Below, in pieces: positions 117,574-124,000 of a stretch of DNA of 124,000 nt (within the stretch, counting starts at the first letter, position 1; every line of letters begins with the position of its first letter). The translations under genes and the position numbers were made by a program. This DNA comes from Hyalangium minutum (lineage in GTDB: Bacteria > Myxococcota > Myxococcia > Myxococcales > Myxococcaceae), in assembly GCF_000737315.1 (NCBI RefSeq), contig NZ_JMCB01000001.1, positions 144,001 through 268,000 on the forward strand, given 5' to 3'. Below the pieces are notes generated by a model. That model made no database searches. It worked only from the letters and a program-made list of their open reading frames with translations, and had not been told where the DNA came from.

Positions 117574-118479
117574 ATGAAGCGAATCGATCCCGCTGCCCTC
117601 TCCCCCTTCCTCGCCATCGCGACCCACCGCAGCTTCCGCAAGGCGGCGGTGGAACTGGGGGTATCGCCCTCCGCCCTGAGCCACTCGCTGCAGAGCATCG
117701 AGGAGCGCCTCGGGGTGCGACTGGTGAATCGCACCACCCGCAGCGTCGCCCTGACGGAGGCGGGCGAGCGCCTCTTCGCGCGCATCCGCCCGGCCTTTCG
117801 AGACATCAGCGATGCGCTCGAGGATCTGAACGTCTTCCGAGGCCAGCCGATGGGGACGTTGCGCATCAACGCGTCCCGGCAGTCGTCGCAGCTGGCGCTC
117901 ATGCCCGTCGTCACGCGATTTCTCCGGGCTTATCCGGACGTGCGAGTCGAGATGAGAGTGGACGACGCCCTGAGCGACATCGTCTCGGAGGGGTTCGATG
118001 CCGGAGTGCGCTTCGGCGAGAGCATCGCTGCGGACATGCTCGCGGTTCCGATTGGCCCGCGGCAGAGGTCCGCCGTCGTCGGGGCGCCGGAATACTTCTC
118101 GCGCCATGCCATGCCCAGGACGCCGCATGAACTGCGCGAGCTGCCCTGCATCCGCTTCCGCTTTCTCAGCGGAGTCCTCTACCGCTGGGAGTTCGAGCGG
118201 GACAGCGAAGAGGTGGTGATCGAAGTCGATGGTCCCCTGACCCTCAGTGAGCAGGGGCTCATGGTGGATGCTGCGCTGGCGGGGGTCGGCCTGGCGTATG
118301 TCTTCGAGGCGCAGGTGAGCACGCTGCTCGCACAGGGCCACCTGGTGAGGGCTCTCGAGGACTGGTGCCCCTCTTATCCCGGCTTCTTCCTCTACTACCC
118401 CAGTCGCCGTCAGATCCCGACGGCGCTGCGAGCCTTCGTTGATTTCGTGAAGGCCTCGGCATCATCGGGAGACAGTTGA
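117574..118479 (+). CDS. LysR-family regulator (divergent from SDR)
   Basis: SFRKAA.ELGVSPSALSH, RTTRSV.LTEAG, FDAGVR. Confidence 0.93.
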   Translation: MKRIDPAALSPFLAIATHRSFRKAAVELGVSPSALSHSLQSIEERLGVRLVNRTTRSVALTEAGERLFARIRPAFRDISDALEDLNVFRGQPMGTLRINASRQSSQLALMPVVTRFLRAYPDVRVEMRVDDALSDIVSEGFDAGVRFGESIAADMLAVPIGPRQRSAVVGAPEYFSRHAMPRTPHELRELPCIRFRFLSGVLYRWEFERDSEEVVIEVDGPLTLSEQGLMVDAALAGVGLAYVFEAQVSTLLAQGHLVRALEDWCPSYPGFFLYYPSRRQIPTALRAFVDFVKASASSGDS

Positions 118480-118499
118480 GCGGCAGTGCCTCCGTGTGG

Positions 118500-118925
118500 C
118501 TACCCCGCCTCCCCGTCGCGGCTGGCCAGGACCACGTAGTACCCGTCTGGATCCCGGAGCCACATCTCCCGGTGCTGGGGCGCCGGGTTCACGTGCGGCT
118601 CCTCGACCACCGTCGCTCGCAGCTTCCGCGCCCGCTCCACGGCCGCATCGAAGTCGTCCACCTCGAACCACAACAGGACGCCATGTCCAACAGGTGCTTT
118701 GTCCCTCCCCTTGAGGTTGGGGTGATCCTCGTCCTCCCAGCTATGGAGCTGGAGGATCAGCGTGTCCCCGCTCATCAGCCGGTCATAGAAGAGCCGGTGC
118801 GGATGATCTGGGTCCCCGGAGGACTCCACTCCCAGCAGGGCCTTGTACCAGGTGCTGCTGGCCTTCACGTCTCTCACCGCGATCAGCGGTTGAGCGCGCA
118901 CGGGTCCTTGTTTGGATTCAGCCAT
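118500..118925 (-). CDS. VOC/glyoxalase family protein
   Basis: IAVRDV.AS..WY; LWFEVDDFD; LRDPDGY. Confidence 0.9.
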   Translation of the reverse strand: MAESKQGPVRAQPLIAVRDVKASSTWYKALLGVESSGDPDHPHRLFYDRLMSGDTLILQLHSWEDEDHPNLKGRDKAPVGHGVLLWFEVDDFDAAVERARKLRATVVEEPHVNPAPQHREMWLRDPDGYYVVLASRDGEAG

Positions 118926-119115
118926 ACACTCCTCGCTTGATGCCGCTCATCATGCGAGGACCGACGCGCCGCCGTCTTGAACGAAATTGACCCTTGAGGG
119001 GAACCGGCTCGCGTCCACTTCTGACGCCGTCAGAAGTCTGCAGCGGCTGCTTCCGCTTGGCCACCCAGCTTGGCCACCCAGCATGGCCGCGCCACCTTCG
119101 GGGCCCAAGGGGCTC

Positions 119116-119196
119116 GCCAACGACAGGCAGGGTCTGGAGCGGCTATGCCGCTACGGAGCACGCGGGGAGTTGGCGCTGGAGCGCTTGTCACGAGCG
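119116..119196 (+). mobile_element. IS91-family transposase relic
   Basis: ANDRQGLERLCRYGARGELALERLSRA resembles the Y2 transposase core. Confidence 0.7.
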
Positions 119197-119283
119197 ATCG
119201 ATTCTCGAGCACCTCAGCTCTTCCATCCTTCCTATGCGCCTCACACACGTTCGGACGGACGGAACGTTCGTCGAGCCGGTCCC

Positions 119284-121245
119284 CTACTCCTCCGGGAAGC
119301 CGCTGCCGTCCACGGCCGGGGGGACGACATCCACGTCACTCGCCAGCACGTAGGCGAAGCGGTGGTTGAAGTTGACCTGGTAGTAGAGGAGCTGCCCGGG
119401 GACATCCCGCTTGTTGGAGCCCTCGACCTGGGGCGCGTAGGTGGGCGAGTAGTAGTAGTCGCCCTTGAGCGGCCCGATCGCCACGTAGCGCTGGCCGGCG
119501 GGGATGCTGTACGGAGTGAGCGGGATGAGCGCCTGGGGAGTGATGCCCGCCGGGTACGCCCCCGCCTCCGGGTACGCCCGGCCGTAGAGCGGGATGGACG
119601 TCTTGCCCGCCTTGGGCGTCACGAGCATGCCGAACCCTCTGCGCGTGTTGACGTGGCCCGGGCTGTAGAACCAGGCCTTCTGGCCGCTGAACCAGATTGC
119701 GTCCCAGTCGCCCTGGTGGCCGGCCAGGGCGTACTGCTGGCCGGCCGCCGCCTTGTTGGCCCAGTTGCTCGCCCGCGAGGGAGTGTCCGTGATGAAGGGA
119801 TTGGTGATCAGCGACGCGCTCGTGCTGGGCGCCGTGTACAGGTACACGAAGTTGGCCGACTGGGTGGGCACCGCCCGGCAGTCGGTCGAGGAGTAGCAGT
119901 ACGTCATCGCCGGGGTGTTGGTCTGAAAGTCCGGGGCGATCTTCACGATGCCGGGGTTCAGGGGCTCGCGCTGCTCCAGCTCCGCGCCGACCAGCTCCAT
120001 GTAGTGGTCCCAGTCCCAGAAGGGGCCCGGATCCCAGTGCTGCGAGGCCTGGTTGGTGGTCGACGTGCCCGGCACGTTGTCGTGGCCGACGATGTGCTCG
120101 CGATCGAGCGGCACGTTGAACCGCAGCGCCAGGTAGCGTGTCAGCCGAGCCGAGGAGATGTACAGCTGCTCGCTGTACCAAGCGGCTCCTTCGATAGCGA
120201 CGCCCTCATGCTCGATACCCACCGAGTGCGCGTTGACGTACCAGTTGCCGGCATGCCAGGCGACGTGCGCGTTGGGGATCATCTGCGCGACATGCCCGTC
120301 CGAGGCGCGCACCACATAGTGGGCACTGGCCTTGTACGTGGGGCTCTGGAAGACCGAGAGCGTGGAGGCGTAGCTGCCCTCGGTGTCGTGGATGACGATG
120401 TAGCGAATGTCGACCCCACCCTCCGGGCGCTTCGCCAGGTCATAGTTGCCGTAGTTCGAGGGGCTGGAGGAGTTCTGCGCGTACGCGGCGGGGATGAACT
120501 CGCAGGAGGCCCACAAGGGGCACTCGGTGGAGGGGTTCGAGGTGACGCGCAGCGCCAGCGTGGCAGCGGTGAGGGGGTTGGGGGTGATGCTGTCGGACCT
120601 GAGCGTCACCTGCTGCCCGTCGGACGTGGTGCGCACGGCTCCCTGCCGGACGGTGTCGTACACCGCGTCCGCGAACCCGAGCGCCGTGGATTGATCCGAG
120701 GAGCCGCTGTACAGGACGACGGCGCCGTACCAGTCCGCCGTGTTCCCAGGCACCCGGCCCAAGGTGTAGCGCGCGTACTGGGTCAAGAGAGCAGCGCCGC
120801 CGCGGATGTTCTGCGCGGGATCGCGCTTGAGCACCTCGGGCTCCACGCCCAGCAGCTGCGCCGCGGTGTCCAGGGTGTGGAAGCCCGGATCGTTCTCGTC
120901 GACCATGCTGTACCGATCGACGTCATCCCCCTTGAGCGAGCCAGGTTGGGGGCCGTCCACGTGCGTCAGGTGCATCGGTCCGTACCCACCTGACGTGCTG
121001 GGCGCTCCGGCGTGGTGCTCCCAGCGCGACACGTTGTACGAGACGGAGAGCAGCAGGCTCTCGGGCACACCGAACTCGCGGGAGGCGGCGGAGAAGGCCG
121101 TTTGGAGCGACGTGGGACCGGCCTCGGGAGCGAAGCCCTCGGCCCCGAGCGCTGGAAGCGAGAGCAGGGAGAGCGCAACGCCCGCCCATACCCCCGCGAG
121201 GGACCACCGCTGAGCACCACTCGGTTCGACTCGATTCGTGTTCAC
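119284..121245 (-). CDS. Secreted N-acetylmuramoyl-L-alanine amidase (Amidase_2) with N-terminal lysozyme-like domain
   Basis: Signal peptide; IVIHDTEG, SAHY, AWHAGNW, GIEHEG, GHD, HWDPG; FGVP..LL. Confidence 0.88.
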   Translation of the reverse strand: MNTNRVEPSGAQRWSLAGVWAGVALSLLSLPALGAEGFAPEAGPTSLQTAFSAASREFGVPESLLLSVSYNVSRWEHHAGAPSTSGGYGPMHLTHVDGPQPGSLKGDDVDRYSMVDENDPGFHTLDTAAQLLGVEPEVLKRDPAQNIRGGAALLTQYARYTLGRVPGNTADWYGAVVLYSGSSDQSTALGFADAVYDTVRQGAVRTTSDGQQVTLRSDSITPNPLTAATLALRVTSNPSTECPLWASCEFIPAAYAQNSSSPSNYGNYDLAKRPEGGVDIRYIVIHDTEGSYASTLSVFQSPTYKASAHYVVRASDGHVAQMIPNAHVAWHAGNWYVNAHSVGIEHEGVAIEGAAWYSEQLYISSARLTRYLALRFNVPLDREHIVGHDNVPGTSTTNQASQHWDPGPFWDWDHYMELVGAELEQREPLNPGIVKIAPDFQTNTPAMTYCYSSTDCRAVPTQSANFVYLYTAPSTSASLITNPFITDTPSRASNWANKAAAGQQYALAGHQGDWDAIWFSGQKAWFYSPGHVNTRRGFGMLVTPKAGKTSIPLYGRAYPEAGAYPAGITPQALIPLTPYSIPAGQRYVAIGPLKGDYYYSPTYAPQVEGSNKRDVPGQLLYYQVNFNHRFAYVLASDVDVVPPAVDGSGFPEE

Positions 121246-121376
121246 GCCAGATTCCTTTGAGACGGCACGCGACGGCTCTTGCGCTATCGGCCCGCGTCCA
121301 CTTTCTACGAAAAACAGGAATCACTGGCAATTCGTGCGACTCGGGCACCGCAGCGCCCGAGCACTGACGCTTCACA

Positions 121377-122213
121377 TCAAGTGGGCGTGGTCGCCGTCAC
121401 CTGACGCATGCCCCACCGCAGGGGAATGCTCCCGCCCGCGCGGCGCAGCGGCTCCACGGCCCGGAGGAACGAAGCCTCCAGGGACGCCAGCGCCGCCGGA
121501 GACAGCCGGTCCACGTCATACGTCATGCGCAGCGCATCCCAGACGGCGCGCGGCTCACCGTCGCCCTGGATCGCGAGCGGATGCGTCCGAAGGTCCTCGA
121601 ACCCCGCGCCGCCCAGCAGCGCCTGGAGCCCCTCCACGGTGCGGACGCGCGCATCCCCCAGGGGCGCCGGGGGCACGGCCTCCGATGCCAGCAGCGGACG
121701 CAGCAGCCCCACGAACACCTCCATGGCATCGCCGCGCACCATGTCCCCATTGACGACGAAGGACACCGTGCCGCCGGGCCTCAACACGCGTCGCAGCTCC
121801 GCGAGGACGCGCTCCACGTCATCCATCAACATGAGCGCCAGGTGGCTCAGCACCACGTCCACGCTGCCGTCCGCGAGCGGCAGTTCCTGCGCCCGTCCCT
121901 GATGCAGCGTCGCCGCTCCCCTCAGCCGGACGCGCGCCGCATCGAGCTCATGCGCGCTCATGTCCAGCCCCACCAGCGACAGTCCCGGCTGTTGGCGTGC
122001 CGCGAGCAGCTCCAGCAGGTAGCCATCTCCGCACGCCACATCCAGCACGGTCAGCGGCCGGGCCTCGCGGGGCACCGCCGCTTCCAACAGCGCGTACGTC
122101 GAGGGAAACGTCCGCCCGTCCCGGAGCACGGGCGTGCGCGCGAAGCAGCGGGCGGTCACTCCCACGAGGCGCTGGTGGTAGTCGAGCAGGTACGACTCGG
122201 CGGAGGAGGGCAT
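121377..122213 (-). CDS. Class I SAM-dependent methyltransferase
   Basis: VLDVACGDG, VGLDMS, LRRVLRPGG. Confidence 0.9.
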   Translation of the reverse strand: MPSSAESYLLDYHQRLVGVTARCFARTPVLRDGRTFPSTYALLEAAVPREARPLTVLDVACGDGYLLELLAARQQPGLSLVGLDMSAHELDAARVRLRGAATLHQGRAQELPLADGSVDVVLSHLALMLMDDVERVLAELRRVLRPGGTVSFVVNGDMVRGDAMEVFVGLLRPLLASEAVPPAPLGDARVRTVEGLQALLGGAGFEDLRTHPLAIQGDGEPRAVWDALRMTYDVDRLSPAALASLEASFLRAVEPLRRAGGSIPLRWGMRQVTATTPT

Positions 122214-122297
122214 GGGAACCGTCAGCGTTTGGCCTTCTTCTGGCCCGCGTTGGTGGCCTTGGCGGTAAGGGCCAGCACGGAGTACAGGTTCATCGTC

Positions 122298-122738
122298 ATG
122301 ATGACCTCATCGAAGATCCTAGCGCTGATTTCCACTTTGGCTGCAAGCCGCCCCTTCGTGCTCGAAGAGGTGAACCGGCTCATGGCGACCTCTCTCAAGC
122401 CCGAGGTCTCTGTCTCCAATGAATACTTCACGGTCTACCGGGCGAGGGACACGGCGCAAGCGCCCCTCCAGAACGTCGAACTGCGCATGCCGACCTCCCG
122501 GTCCCACCGCAAGGATGGCTTGCTTCTGTTCGAGATCGCCCCATCCACGTGCGTGACCCAGGAGGAAGCACGGCACTCCTTTGGGCCTTCCCCTGCGCTC
122601 TCCTTTCCCACGCCTCACCAGCCCCCGGACTCCCCTATCTATCTGAACTACTCCCAGCCCTGGGGCAGCCTCCGTCTGGGCTTCTCGCGCAACGACAAGG
122701 CCTGCCTTGTCTCGGTGGTCCTCGACGCTGACAAGTAG
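122298..122738 (+). CDS. Hypothetical protein (~146 aa)
   Basis: ORF with mixed codon bias; no recognised motif. Confidence 0.5.
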   Translation: MMTSSKILALISTLAASRPFVLEEVNRLMATSLKPEVSVSNEYFTVYRARDTAQAPLQNVELRMPTSRSHRKDGLLLFEIAPSTCVTQEEARHSFGPSPALSFPTPHQPPDSPIYLNYSQPWGSLRLGFSRNDKACLVSVVLDADK

Positions 122739-122767
122739 GGACTCCGTCTGCGTTGACCGTAGTGGCC

Positions 122768-123176
122768 TCACTTTGGCGGGGGCGTGTTGAGCAGTTGCTG
122801 CTCCCACGCGTAGCTGGTGCCCACCGAGCCCATGTGGTCGATGACCAGCTCGGCCAGCCCTTCCACCGTCACCGTCCGCGCCCAGTCGCGCTGCAGTTCC
122901 GAGGCGAAAACCCCCGTCGTCAGCGGCACCGCCCCCACATGCACCATCCGCTGAATCGCCACCTCGTGCGCTTCCACCGACACTCCTCCCGACGAGTCGG
123001 TGACGATGTAGACCGAGCGCCACCACGTTGTTGATGATGCTCTGTGTGTCGTGGCTGCGCAGGCCGGCAAACTGGAACGGCTGGTGGTCGATCAGGATCA
123101 GCACGCAGTTGTCCGGCGTCAGCAGCGCATCCAGGCCGGTCATCGGGTTGCGGGGAGGGCTCCTGGTGTTCTCCAA
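122768..123176 (-). pseudogene. YcaC-like isochorismatase/hydrolase with internal deletion and frameshift
   Basis: LLTPDNCVLILIDHQP..NNVVAL jumps frame to VYIVTDSSGGVSVEAHEVAIQRM. Confidence 0.8.
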
Positions 123177-123262
123177 GGACAGCAGGAAAGGGCACGGACA
123201 CCGCGGTCCGCGCCCGCGGGCTGTTGGAGACGATGATGGATGCCCGACGCTCCTCGCAGTAG

Positions 123263-124000
123263 AGGGCCTTCTCCAGCATCACTTTCAGCTTCCTGCGTGA
123301 GGTCCATGGCAGTCTCGACACCCTCCAAGCCGCCATCGCCAACGCTTCACACGCCGCCGAGAAACCGGCCGGAGTGCTGAAGGTCAGCATGGCGCCCGTC
123401 CTCGGCAGCGGCTACCTCCTGCCTCTGCTCCACGACTTCCTCGCCCGCTATCCCGGCATCGTCCCGGACTGGGACTTCAACAACCAGCCGGTGGATCTCA
123501 TCCAGGGAGGCTTCGACGCCGCGATTGGCGGCGGCTTCGACCTTGCCTCGGGACTCGCCGCGCGCGAGCTCGCCCGGGTGCACATCATTGCCGTGGCCTC
123601 GCCCTCCTATCTGGCGCGAATCACTCCCCCTCAGGAGCCCGCCGACCTCCAGCGCCTCGAGGGCATCCTGCTGCGCTCTCCGCTGACGGGACGCCTCCAT
123701 TCCAGGACGCTGCGCAACCGCGCCGGAGAGCAGGTCGCCGTCGAGATGCAGCCACGCATGATCCTCAATGACCCCGGCTCCCTCTGTCACTGCGCCCTGA
123801 TGGGCCTGGGCATCACCCTCGTCTCGACGCTCAGTGCGCTGCCCCACCTGCGCGAGGGAACGCTGGTGCGGCTCCTGCCGGACTGGTACGCCGATGCCGG
123901 TCCGATCTCGCTCTACTACCCAGGGCACCGGCAGTTGCCCGCGAAGACTCGCGTGTTCGTGGATTACGTCGTACGCGAGTTCAAGCGCCAGGACCTGGCC
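123263..124000 (+). pseudogene. LysR regulator lacking the N-terminal HTH (runs off window)
   Basis: Frame opens after TAG at 123260; FLREV...PAGVLKVS...GFDAAI...KTRVFVD. Confidence 0.75.

Overview
High-GC myxobacterial-type chromosomal window (inferred from MYXO-CTERM-like tail, TIGR02265-like and myxobacterial lipoprotein families). 1-35.1 kb is the 3' end of a trans-AT PKS cluster. The last PKS gene is open at the left edge and reads DH-KR-cMT-ACP-KS0-ACP-KS-ACP-TE(degenerate)-TE. It is followed by an LLM monooxygenase, an AT-ER didomain and a type II thioesterase, then a Lol-like ABC export module, a YczE-like protein, a C-domain-less A(MT)-PCP-TE(Cys) NRPS, a duplicated COQ-like set (2 ABC1/UbiB kinases, 2 Coq4, 1 SRPBCC, 2 SDRs) and a second type II thioesterase at the far end. 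35.2-39.9 kb is an orphan LysM/OmpA/peptidoglycan-binding operon with a candidate papain-fold effector. 40-102 kb is mostly core-like genes (fusA, DEAD helicase, two ABC-F, slyD, double-length uvrA, a motif-degenerate YcaO-TfuA pair, TBDR, MacAB-TolC-like, SET protein) interrupted by two toxin/immunity islets. 102.5-124 kb is an accessory region with a mosaic Ig-repeat surface protein, a BmrA-like ABC transporter plus two-component system, a frameshifted toxin with intact immunity gene, an IS91 relic and pseudogenes. Three copies of a tmRNA-3'-end-like 32-nt repeat mark island edges, and one abuts a group II intron dV/dVI relic. No rRNA, complete tRNA or CRISPR array was seen. All family calls come from motif recognition without database searches; several start codons were refined by eye.
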